Assembly (NCBI GenBank): GCA_013265495.1
Contig: MU058557.1
Span: 124,001-188,000 of the forward strand
DNA length: 64,000 nucleotides
Source of the DNA: Vicugna vicugna
Lineage: Eukaryota
Reading direction: 5' to 3'
Numbering within the stretch: the stretch's first letter is position 1; every line of letters starts with the position of its first letter. Below are positions 21,405 through 32,720 of this stretch, piece after piece. The notes beneath the pieces are model-generated. The model saw only the letters and a program-made list of their open reading frames with translations, searched no databases and had not been told where the DNA came from. Both the position numbers and the translations under genes were made by a program.

Positions 21405-22196
21405 ACATGGACAAAGGAGACTGCACTGGAGGTAAAAACCTCCCAAAAAAGAGAAAGAAAGGCCCCCGGCCCACCCCGGCCCAGATGGCTCCCTGGGTGA
21501 ACCCTCCCCGACAGCGAGGGGAGACCGGGCGCGCCTGCGCGGCCGGGGAGGGACAGCCCGGAGCCCGCGGGCGACGCCTCTCCCGCTTGGGTGCGCAGCC
21601 CGCGCGGACCAAAGGCGGCCACGGGGAAGGGGTGACACTCCTCGACCACGGGGGGTCGTCTGAGGACACGTCAGAATCACATCGACAGAACGAGAAGAAA
21701 AACCATGCGGCCCCTCCAGAGAAGGAGCTGACAAAACCGACAAACTGCCGACAAGAACTCCAAGGCAAACCAGGAGCCGAGGGGCTTCCCGACCTGCCAG
21801 CAGGGAAGTGCGCGGCGGGGCAGTCTCTCCCGCCACGGGCCCCGCCACTGCGGTGCACCTGCCGCTGCTCAGCGCGACGGGAGAGTGAGCAAATGAGGGG
21901 CACACAGGCCGGAAAGGAGGCGACGAAGCCTCCTAACTGCAGACAGGGCAGAGTCTACAAAACCGCTGTCCAAGCTAGTGGGCGAGGGTTCAGCAAGCTC
22001 ACGGGATACCAAAAACGTGCATTAAAGGCACTGTTTACAGTGGATCCAAGAAACAGTGAGCATATAAGTATCAACTTAACCACTTAAAGACCCGAAGTTC
22101 TGTGCAAAGACGTATATGCTGAAAACTACAAAACACTGATGACAAAAATCAACATCTAAATTAACGGTAATGTATAAGGCATCGTGGTTTAAAACG
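21405..22196 (+). mobile_element. Old LINE-1 ORF2 fossil, strongly GC-shifted
   Basis: aaaaacctcccaaaaaagag..ggccc..cagatggctccctgggtgaa and tatatgctgaaaactacaaaacactgatga resemble L1 ORF2. Confidence 0.7.
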
Positions 22197-24220
22197 CAGA
22201 CTGGCAACCTTTCTTGGTAAAGGGTCACATGGTAAATACCGTCTGCTTTGCAGGACAAGAAGCTCAACCAAAAATACTACGTAGGTACTAATATAATACA
22301 TTTCCATCAACTTTTTTGCAAGCTCAGAGAACACGCCCACTGCAAGTCTGAGTTGGATCAGAGACCTTGTTTCTCGTTTTAACTTTTGACAGTAAGGAAA
22401 TTGTATAAAGCAGTTTGTGATTCAAACAACATTAGGCGTCACTGAAATGACTTTAGCACAGTGTAAGTTTTGCATTAAGTGCTATTCCACATAATTTTCA
22501 GATGAATTCATAAAAGACCATTATCAACTATGTGGCAAAAACTAACTTCCAAAAGCATTCAGTGCTTGATGATGGTTGAAAGCGGTTCCTCTCACTCCGA
22601 AAATTTTCAATTTCTGCCTTGAGTTTAAGAAACCGCACTAAAATGTAACCAGTGCTACACCCTCAGGCTGCTGCACAGCAGGGCAAGTCAAAATGTTCAG
22701 CTTCTATTTCTGATAAAAATTCACAGAACTGATGGGAGTTAAGTCCACGAGGTCACATGAAGCTCCCTGTTGACACAACAGGTTCAATGAGGCATGAGAT
22801 TCAAATATTTTGCACAAAGCACCTGCTGACAAGCAACAGGATGAGTAACTCTGGGCTTTAAGCACCTTAGGTTTCAAAAAGCTCCATCAAGGTGTCCAAC
22901 CAAGCCCTTCTCTGCTCCACACACTTTATCACCAGCATCTATAGCATGGCTGCTACTGGCCAGGGCTCCCCAGAGAAACAGAACCGACAGGAGACGAGTG
23001 TGTGCGTGTGCATGCGGTACACGTGTGTGTGTGCACATGTCGGTTCATCACAAGAACCGGCTCACGCGTGCACAGGGGCTGAGAGGCTGCAAGCCCTGCT
23101 GTCCACGAACTGGGGACAGGACAGCTGGGGCTGTGACTCCGTCTGGGTCTGAAGGCCTGAGACCCAGGGCAGCTGGTGAAGTCCCGGAGTCCACTGGCCC
23201 AAGGACAGAGCGCAAGAAGTCTGCCCACCTCTGCCCAACTCAGGCCACAGGCTGGACACTGCTGGGCTGGGGAGCGGGGTCCCCTTTCCTTGGGCTCCCC
23301 AAACACCCGCCCAGACACCCAGAAACCACATCCCCCCAGCCCTCCGGGCCACCCTGAGCTCTGCCAGGCTGACTGGTCACAATAACCACCACAGCATCTT
23401 AGTAGATCCCACTTCAGTTTGCACTAAGCCAGCATCTTCCCAGCTTCTCTGAAAACATCCTCGGACGTGCCCAGGCCACGCAGGCCCTCACAGAGGCCTG
23501 TGCCCGGGAGCTGCTGCCATGGAGAGCAGAGGGGACCCCCGCGGCCCCCGGCCCCCGCCCCCTGGCCCAGGGCTGCTTGTGCTGAGCAAGCACTCAGCCC
23601 TGGCTGCGGCAGCACCACCACCGTCAGTGAACGGCCTTCTCCGCTTGGCTGATAAATGAGCTGCTTACTTGGACATGCTGATCACCGTCTCAGCTTCATT
23701 TATTTCTGTGAAGAAGTTCAGCAGTACGAGATTCTCCATTCAAAATTCTCCAAGTCTCCGATTCCCATGCTGAGGTCGGGTCACACGTGCCGTGTCCCTT
23801 TAGCACAGCAGTGTTACCGTGGAAGCCACCTCTGCCGCCCCATAGTCAGAGCCCAGGCTCTCTGCCGACTCCTGCAACAGGGCCGCCCACAAAGGTGGCA
23901 CTGAAGCTCGGTGAGCCATGACTTGTGGGTGCGACTCCCAGTGGGGTGCCACAGGTGAGTGGGGAGCAGGGGAGCAGGAGAGCAGATGCTCTCACTGCTG
24001 TGGCCTCAAAGCAGCCAGAGAACACACAGGAGTGCAGGGGCTTGGCTGCGCCGACAAAACTTTATTTATGGGCACTGAGATTTGAATTCCAAGGAATTTT
24101 TGTGTGTCCTAAAGCATTCTTCTTCCAATTTCTTCCCCTCAACCATTTAAAAATGTAAGACCCATTCTTAGCTCGTGAGTCACACAAAAGCAGGCAGTGG
24201 GCTGCAGCCTCCCAGCCCTG
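22197..24220. mobile_element. hAT-Charlie DNA transposon (MER58/Cheshire-like) inserted in the L1
   Basis: MER58-like ends (ctggcaacctttcttggtaaagggtcacatggtaaata; aaccatttaaaaatgtaagacccattcttagctcg) flank an AT-rich interior. Confidence 0.6.
22953..23393 (-). mobile_element. ERVL solo LTR (MLT2-like) nested in the hAT element
   Basis: cagggctccccagagaaacagaacc...ggctcacg...gaaggcctgagaccc...aataaccaccaca. Confidence 0.7.
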
Positions 24221-24224
24221 CAGG

Positions 24225-25865
24225 ACTCAGATGCCAGCTCTCCCCTGACTGATCCACATCGTAGTTTCAGCATAATCCCAACCAAAGTTCCACCATTTTT
24301 TTCCTGTATGCACCAGTAAGTCGATTCTAAACTTTACACAGGAAGTCCGAGATACCAGAACAAGCTACACAGTTGGGGAAAAGGAAACAGAGGATTTACA
24401 CGCCTGATCGAAGATTTACCATAAAGTTAGCACAATCAGGACAGCTTGTCGGCAAAAGTGTAGCTTGAAGACCAATGGAAAAGCACGAGAAACAAATGCA
24501 ACCACAAAGACACGGCGGTGGCTGTGACAAAGTGGCCAGGACATGAAGCAGGGAGAGAGTCTGAGTAACAGACGGAGACGGAGCAGGTGGACACCGACGT
24601 GCAACAGAGCAAAACCCCCCAGGAGCCCAATCTCTACCTTAACCCAAAAGTCAACTGTAATGAATCACAAACTTGAAAGTAAAACCCAAAGTTATAAAAA
24701 TTCTATGGGAAAAAAGGAGAAAATCTTGTGACCTCACAATAGGCAGAATCCACACACAAAACAGACAAATTATAAGAGAAAAACTTACAAAACACATCTC
24801 TGGTGAAAGACTGAAATCCAGGATACAACAAGCTCTCACAACTCAGCAGCAAGCTTCTCTCCAACTTTAAAACCGGGCAAAAGACCTGTGCAGACACTTG
24901 GCCAAAGACACGTGGACGCAGACACACCGAGAGACGCTCAGAATCACCGGCCCACAGGGAAACGCAGCGGGAACTCTGGTGAGATGTCCAGCACACCTGC
25001 CAGAATCCTGTGCAAACCCAAACCTGAAGAGGCGGAGTGCTGATCAGGCTGTGGAGGAACCGGAATGCTCAACGCTGCAGGCACAGACGCCCTGGGAGAC
25101 CGTGGGGCTGAGCATGTGCAGCTCAACCAGGCAGCCCCACTCCCAGGCACGTCTACCCACGAGAAACAGGAACATCTGTCTGCACAGAAACCTGAGCACA
25201 GGTGTTTACAGCAGCTCCACTCAGCCATCAAAAACAGGAAACATCCCTGTTCAAACAGCTGTGTCCTCCCAAAATCCGAGGCGAGACCCCACCCACGAGG
25301 CGACGGTACCTGGAGGCGGGGCTCTCGGGAGGTGGAGTCCCCACAAGTGGGGCTGCTGCTCTGATGAAAGAGACCTCGCAGGGCTCCCCGGCCCCGGAGG
25401 CGGGCTCTCACCAGACACAGAACCTGTTGGATCCTTGGCCTGGGACCTGCAGTCTCCAGAACTGTGAGAAATAAATGTCCGGCGTTCATGAGCCACCCAG
25501 CCTGTGCTGTCTTGCTACAGCAGCCCAGTGGGACTGAGATAGAACCAAAGGCCCATCAACTGCTGAGCAAACTGTGGGACATCCGTCAGTGGGACCTGTT
25601 CAGCAAGCAAAAAGGATAAATCTTGAATGCACTATAGTTCCGGTGTGGTTCCACTTCTGGAACCTTCCACGAGAGGGAAATCTGAGGCCATGAGAACAGA
25701 TTGGTGGTCGCAGGGAGCTGGGCGTGGGGGACATCTGGGGCACAGGGAAGCGTCCTGAGGATTTGTGGCAGCTACACAACTGTGCACACTTGTCCAAATC
25801 AAAGGACCATCGTGTAAAAGGATGCATAAAAAGTGTAGCTCGATAAACCTGACTTTACACTTGAA
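24225..25865 (+). mobile_element. Continuation of the old L1 (ORF2 end and 3' UTR)
   Basis: gattctaaactttacac, ggcaaaagacctg..cagacactt, gaatcttgaatgcac-like L1M motifs. Confidence 0.65.
25255..25541 (+). mobile_element. MaLR LTR (MLT1-like) inserted in L1
   Basis: tgtgtcctcccaaaatcc...cagaactgtgagaaataaatgtc...gccacccagcctgtg...ttgctacagcagccc. Confidence 0.75.
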
Positions 25866-28672
25866 AACCCACACACAGGCCACTCCCGTCAGTCACAGTG
25901 ACCATGTTCCCCAAAGTCACCACCGACGCTGAATCATGGAGAACCGAGCCTTCATACCAGAGAAACAAAGGGTCAGCGCCCCGCCAACTTCCGCCCACAT
26001 TTTCACCCACTGATGAATACAGAACCTTGCTGTACGTGTGGTTCTGTTTAAAAACACCATGTTTGGTACCCGGTGTTGGTTCCTGAGCAATGAACTTAGC
26101 GGATGCATCAGAACTCCAGGCAGCAGGAAGCCCCTCTGACTCATGTGTTTTCTTCTGGAGGCACGTCCAGCCCCCCCCCAACCCCCCCCCCCGTGCTCAG
26201 GGACCCCGGACAGCACCTCGGGGCTGTGCCAGGGCCACTTTCAACAGCGAAATCAACAAAAAGACAGAGCTGTGTTGGTGCGGTCCTAAACAGGCCGGCA
26301 GGCCAAGTGAGACCGGACCTCTTACTCTGCATGGCCACCTCCTGCACCTTCACTTGCTCACCTGGGCGCCCCTGCAAGCCCAGAGCCCGGGCCCTCTTCC
26401 CGTGGGCATCCTCCTCCTCGGTCCTCACACCGGCGGCTCCATCTCTCCGGCAAGGCCTCCCACCCACACACCCCACTGGGCTGGGTGTGAAGGGACCCCA
26501 GGGGACCCCCAGAATACAGCAACAGCACTGGGAAGGCAGTCAGGGCTGCCCATATCACTGTCCCCACAAAGGTCCAGGGACAGAGACCAGATCCTGCCTG
26601 GAGGGGAAATGGCCGATGACCACGGGGCCTGGCCTCCCTCAAGGGGCTGAAGTGCAGTAGGTGTCCCCCACACCCCTCTGCGCACAACTGCTGGATGCAG
26701 GGACCACAGAGAAGGCCTTGCAGGTGCCCACGCGGGTCCTGACACTGACCCTCACGGACAGGCCTGTGAGCTCACACCACTTCCACCAGAACACCCGCCA
26801 GGAGCACATCCACTGCAGCCACCGCAGCCACCCCAGCTCCCTCACTTGGGATGTGGCCACCCTCTCAGAGGTGCCCTCCTATGACACCCCCAATGCCTCA
26901 GAGGAGGCCTGCCCCTGCGGAGGCCCGAGGCGCCCACTCTGCCTGATGCCCACAAACAGGCCCTGAGCAGCCTGGGTGGCCCCCCGAGCCCGGACCTGCA
27001 AAGGGAGCAGCCACCGGGCCTCCAGGGCTGGTGGGTGGGTCCCTGCTGGGCATGCTGCCCCAGAGCCTCATGGCTGCGGCCGGCAGCCCACATACCACAC
27101 TCGTCCCCCACAGGAACCTGGGCCTTGACCCTGAGGCCCTATGCCCAGCTGGGCTCCCCTCGCAGTAACACTCGTGGGGGCTGTGAGGGGCCAGCTGGGT
27201 GGAGGGCGTGGCACAGCCCTGAGGCACCGGGCAGGGCCGGATTACGGGGCCGCTAAGACGCTCAGACGTGATGCCTCACCACAGAAGCCCACAGAAGCTG
27301 CTAAGCGCTCTTAAGCAGGGAGAGGAGCAGATCCATCCTCAGAAGGATCAACTGGGAGGCTGATCAAGGACTGCATGGCCCGGGGCCAGGGAGGGGCGGG
27401 GAGGGGCCGCAGGGCCCAGGAAAGTGACCGGCAACCAGGGCCCTGGCGCTCCTGCGGGAAGGTGCAGCTCCAATCCACGTCCCACTGACGAGGACCAAAG
27501 AGGCCTCAAGAAACCTAGCGCCACGGGGGCCCCAGAAACACTGGAGGGCAGGACACGTTCAAGGCATCCCCCACAGCAGGGATGCGAGGGACGGCGCACC
27601 AGGCTGAGGGCCCCAGCCACCAGGCGCCCCCCCCCAGAACCACACTCTGACGTGGTAGCTGCAGCCACCCAGAGCCCTTCCCAGCCCAGAAGCCCGCAGC
27701 TGTGGAAAAGGCACCAGCACCCCCGTCTGTCCATCGCGGGGTCCTCACGAGCCCAGGAAGGCTGTGCCCCGTTGCCACTAGACACAGGCCACCTGCTCCC
27801 TGAAGACAGACGGGCGGGGGTGCAGGGGATGGACAGAGACACGAGGGCCCAGGGCTGGACAGAACCCTGGGCAGAGGAACAGCACACTTTTTTAGAATAT
27901 CAAATTCTTGCAAGAAGGCAGGCTGGGGTATCTCAGGGAGGCGCCTGGGCCCAGCCCTCTGGGTGGGCTCCCCCTGGGGAGGGGGAGCAACGAGACCTGC
28001 AGGACCCCACCCGAAGCCCAGGCGCGTGCACCCCAACGGCAGCAGAGGCAGCCAGGAGGAGGGGCCCTGCGGCAACCTCACCCGAGCTGCCCTTCCAGCC
28101 CCCGCACGTCCAGCATCCCAGTCCACCCATCCAGATGCCCCGCTCTGAGCGGGCTGCCCAAGAAGGCCGCTGCAGACTACAGGGGTGCCTGGCTCCCCGA
28201 GGACCCGCAGACAGTCCAGAACAGCGCCGCCTGCCCCGAGGGGCTTCGGCACGAAGGACCTGTTCCTTTGGACCAGGTGCCCCAACAAACCTGAGCCACA
28301 GCTGTCTGTTTCTTCCCTAACCCAGACCTCAACGGCCAAGTCTTCTTCCCCAAGGAATGCGGAAGGCCAAAGAGGGCCCTGGCCCACCGGCCCCAGGCCT
28401 CCCCCCACAGGAGGGCCTGCCCGAGGGGCCCCATCCCCGGAGGAGGCTGGCGGGGGTGGGTGAGAGCCCTGCAGCCCCTCTCAGCCCCAAGCACATGGCT
28501 GGCGCCCCCGCCTGACCACGGGCCCCCAGCACCGTCCGCAGGGCCTTCGCAAGCTCGGAATTCTCACGCGTGTGGATGTGCTCCCCAGTCAGAAGCTTAA
28601 ACTGAACACAACCAGCCCAAGGAGCGACTGTGCCAACAGAACAGAACACAAACAACATCAACAGAACCAGCA

Positions 28673-28806
28673 GGGAGTGGAGGGCACAGCTCAGCGGTAG
28701 AGCCCGTGCTTGGGCTAGCATTCACGAGGTGCCGGTTCAATCCCCCGTCCCTCCTCTAAAAATAAAGAAATAAATCGAATTACCCCCCCAAAATAAACTT
28801 TAAAAA
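28673..28806 (+). mobile_element. tRNA-derived SINE (camelid Vic-1-like)
   Basis: A box agctcagcggtagagc, B box ggttcaatccc, A-rich tail with aattaccccc. Confidence 0.85.
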
Positions 28807-29530
28807 CCCACCGGAGACAGCAGGACACCGGCGAGCTGCCGGAGGGCTGGGGGTGCTCCTGCTGCCTTTCTGAAGAGTATTTTAAAAAATCAAACTACCC
28901 AAAAGAATGGGTATTCCTTCTCACAACGAAAGAGAGAAAAAAGAGGAAAGCTGAGGGGAACTGGTTAGAGCCTGCCCGTGAATAAACACACCGCCCCAAA
29001 CAGCACCCCAAACAGTAACCGTGCTGCCGGTGGTGGCTCCTGGGTGCTGGTTTTCGCTTCTGCCCTGAAACACGACAGACCTTCTTTGCATTAAATGCAC
29101 AGAGAGAATTGCCTGCGGTGCCCTCAGCCCACGGCTGGTTCCAGAAGCCTGTCCGGGACCCCAGAGAAGCAGGGGTCGTGGACCCTGACCCCGCCACCCA
29201 TATCGAGGCCTCGCCCGCCACTCTTGCAGATGCCGACAGAAGGCCTCTGTCCAGGCCAGGTCACTTCCCAGGGAAGAACCAGGCTCTGCCCCCCTCCCAG
29301 GCTGACCCACTCCGCCCAGCCGGTCAGCTGGCCCGAAGCTGCGGCCATGCCTTCGCCCCACCCAGACACCCTGGCAGGGCCTCAGAGCAGCCTGCCAGGT
29401 AGAACACAGGACACCCGGAGAACACTGCAGTCAGCTAACTACTTTCTAGTGTGAGTGTGTCCCATGCAATATTTGGGACAAACTTACGCTAAGAAACTGT
29501 TTACCTGAAATTCAAATTGAAGGGGTGTAA

Positions 29531-29668
29531 GCGAGAGGGTACAGCTCGGTAGCACGCATGCTTAACAGGCACGAAGTCCTAGGTTCAATCCGCGGTACCT
29601 CCTCTAAAAATAAGTAAATAAACCTAATTACCTCCCCCCCCAAAACAACAACAACAACATAAATTTAA
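29531..29668 (+). mobile_element. tRNA-derived SINE (Vic-1-like)
   Basis: gagggtacagctc..ggttcaatcc..aataaacctaattacctcccc; same family as 28673. Confidence 0.85.
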
Positions 29669-31948
29669 TGGGTGTTTCCTTTTCCTCACTGGATCCAGCA
29701 CCTCTAGGAAAGGCTCTGTTCTTAGGGTCCCGAGCAGGGGAAACAGACGGCGGGGAGGGAGGCCTTTCCCAGACCCCGTGTCCGCAGTGCTCCCTGAGGC
29801 CAGGGCAGGCTGCCCAGACAGCGTCAGCCCCAGGCAGCAACCGGCTCGTGAGAGAGGGGTGCACCTTCCTCTGTGTGGGCCCTGAGAAATCCGACACCCC
29901 TCCCCAAGCGAGCAGCACCTCTGGACGGGACACCAACCCGTCAACACCTGGCCCACCAGGACCACTGGCCCTGCAGACCAGTGGGACAGTGCCTTGGGAT
30001 TCCAGCCAAAAGCCAGGGGTAAATGGAGTCCCAGTGGGAGCAGCCCCCGCCACAGACCAGGCCTCTGGGACACCCCCACAGGGACATGCACACTTGTCCC
30101 CGGGAGGGGGCCCCACAGGGCACAGATATCCCTGTCCACATCGCGAGTAAACCGTGGCCAGGCCCCCGCCAAGTTCACAGCCAGACAGGAGGCTTGAAGC
30201 TCACATGTCAAACAAGGGTCCACAGCCTGGAAGGAGCGGGGACAGCCCCCTTGGAACCAGTGTCAACAAGCAGGCACAGTGGGGGCCCCAGCCCCCGCAG
30301 CAAGGACCAGCAGAAGTGTCTGCAGGGGACGAAGGTGCAGCAGCTGCCCCCTCCACCCCACACCTGCCTCCCTCCCACCGCCCCTTCCTCCAGGCTCGGT
30401 GCCTCCATCCAGGAGCTGGGTGCCTCCGTTCTGGTGACATTCCTTCATTTTTTCCACAGGCCAACATGACATGCGGGCCGAAGGCTGGGGGCCAGAGGTA
30501 AGACCACACCTGAAGAGGGGCTGCTGGCTGGGCACACCCAAGGGGGCACTGCACAAGCCCAAGGGAAGAGTAGACTGGAGGGTCTCACACAGGGCAGGGC
30601 AGGGCAGGGCAGGGGCGGTCTGCCCTGCAGAAGGGTGGCCAAGGAGGGCACAGCCCAGAGGAGAGCACTGGAAGGGGCGGCTGTGAGGTCGGCAGAAGCC
30701 TGGGCCTTGACAGCTGGGGTGGGGGCAGAGGGAGGGGCTGGGGGTGCCCGGATGGAGAGGCCTGAGAAAGGACCTCCGAAGGTGATGCTCCTGCCTCCCC
30801 TCAACAGACAACGCCTGGATCAGCCCCTCCCTAAAGGGCCCTGCACTCCCACCTGCTCCCCACGTGTGTCCACCAGAGGCCTGCTGCTAAGTGGGGTGCA
30901 GGCCCCCATTCCTGTGACCACCTCTGCGCCAGAGGGGGCCCAGGGGGCCGGGGACGGCCTGACGGCCGGGCAGCTGCTGTGCCGACCCAGTGCACAGATG
31001 GGGGCACGCCCAAGGCCGCCAGGCTGGCCAGTGAAAAAGCAGACTGAGGACACAGGTGATCTGGAGAGTGCAGCCAGCGCTGTTCTTGGCCCTGACACAC
31101 TCCACCAAAGGAGGGCAGGTGGGCACCTCAGCTCCCTGGGACAGAGTGCTGAAGACGAGTTCAGAACCCCACGGAAAACCAGCGGTGCATCCTCCTGGAG
31201 CCCCTCCCCAGAGTGGGACAAGGCCCAAAACTGGGGGCTCCCTGGGGCCCATGTGGGAGCAGAAGGAGCCTGGGAAGGAAGCCCCCTAACCAGGTGGCCG
31301 CCCACCTCTCCCCAGTCCTGACACAGCTCCTCCCTGCTGGGCTGGGGAGACAGGAGGCAGTGGGAAGTTTGGGGTTATCTCAGAAGCATGCTTGGGGTGA
31401 CCACAGGCTGCTGAGACTCAGGACAGGGAATCCTGCTGGGGGAAGCCCCCAGCACACACCTGGCCCAAGGGCCAGCTCTGAGGCGCCCCTGGGGAGGAAA
31501 TGTGGGCCACACGTGGGGCTCCTCATCCCAGCACTCGATCCAGCCCTGCATGCCCCAGTGGGGACTCCACACCCCAAGGACCCCAAAACTCCCGCTCCCA
31601 GGAGGGTAGCCAGCTCTCCAAGGCCATGTGCCCCTGCTTGGGGGTGGGGGGCTCCAGTCAGGCCCCGGCCCTAAAGGATGCTCTGCGACTCCCAGAGCTC
31701 CCACAGCTTCTCTGCCAAGGCCCAACAGGCCACACGGCCGGCCCCCAACAGGTGGGCCGAGCCCCCGCCTCCTTGGCACCCAGCTCAGCAACTACTACCC
31801 ACCCGCTCCAGCTGGGGCCGGCCCAAGGGGCCATTTCGGGTTGGGACGAGCATGGCCAAGGCAGAGGTGGCGGTGGAGGGACCAGCTGCTCAGAAAAGGC
31901 GAATGGGAAGGGAAAGGAGGTGGGGGTGGGGGGTGCAGAAGAGGGGGT

Positions 31949-32372
31949 NNNNNNNNNNNNNNNNNNNNNNNNNNNNNNNNNNNNNNNNNNNNNNNNNNNN
32001 NNNNNNNNNNNNNNNNNNNNNNNNNNNNNNNNNNNNNNNNNNNNNNNNNNNNNNNNNNNNNNNNNNNNNNNNNNNNNNNNNNNNNNNNNNNNNNNNNNNN
32101 NNNNNNNNNNNNNNNNNNNNNNNNNNNNNNNNNNNNNNNNNNNNNNNNNNNNNNNNNNNNNNNNNNNNNNNNNNNNNNNNNNNNNNNNNNNNNNNNNNNN
32201 NNNNNNNNNNNNNNNNNNNNNNNNNNNNNNNNNNNNNNNNNNNNNNNNNNNNNNNNNNNNNNNNNNNNNNNNNNNNNNNNNNNNNNNNNNNNNNNNNNNN
32301 NNNNNNNNNNNNNNNNNNNNNNNNNNNNNNNNNNNNNNNNNNNNNNNNNNNNNNNNNNNNNNNNNNNNNNNN
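31949..32372. other. MTA1: Assembly gap (424 N) that probably hides the MTA1 start codon and coding exon 1 (MAANMYRVG)
   Basis: N run lies between the GGC-repeat 5' UTR and intron 1; no exon 1 coding sequence seen elsewhere. Confidence 0.9.
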
Positions 32373-32720
32373 CGCCACCGCCGCCGCCGCCGCCGCCGAG
32401 GCCGCCGAGGCCGCCGAGGCCGCGCAGGGACCGAGGGCCGCGGCGCGGGCGGGAGAGGAAGAGGAGGAGCGGCCGCGGGGAGGGAGGGGCCTCGGGCGCC
32501 GCCGCCCACCGCGCAGGCCGTTACCCGACCCGGGGCCGCGCGCGCCCCCGGGACGGTCCTCCCGGGAGCCCGGGGTGGGCGCCCCCGCGCCCCGCTGCGT
32601 CCTCCCTGCGCCCCCGCGCCCGGCCGCCCGCTTCCCCGCGCCCCTTCCCGCATCGGCCCTCCCTCCGCCCTCCGCGCCGCCCCCGAGTCCTTCCAGGACC
32701 TGGCGCCCCTTCTTCCCCAC
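32373..32720 (-). promoter_or_regulatory. MTA1: MTA1 CpG-island promoter and 5' UTR
   Basis: Extreme CpG density; GCGGCCTCGGCGGCCTCGGCGGCGGC leader upstream of exon 2. Confidence 0.85.
32378..32418 (+). repeat. (CCG)7 overlapping three GCCGCCGAG units in the MTA1 5' leader
   Basis: Read directly from the sequence. Confidence 0.9.
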
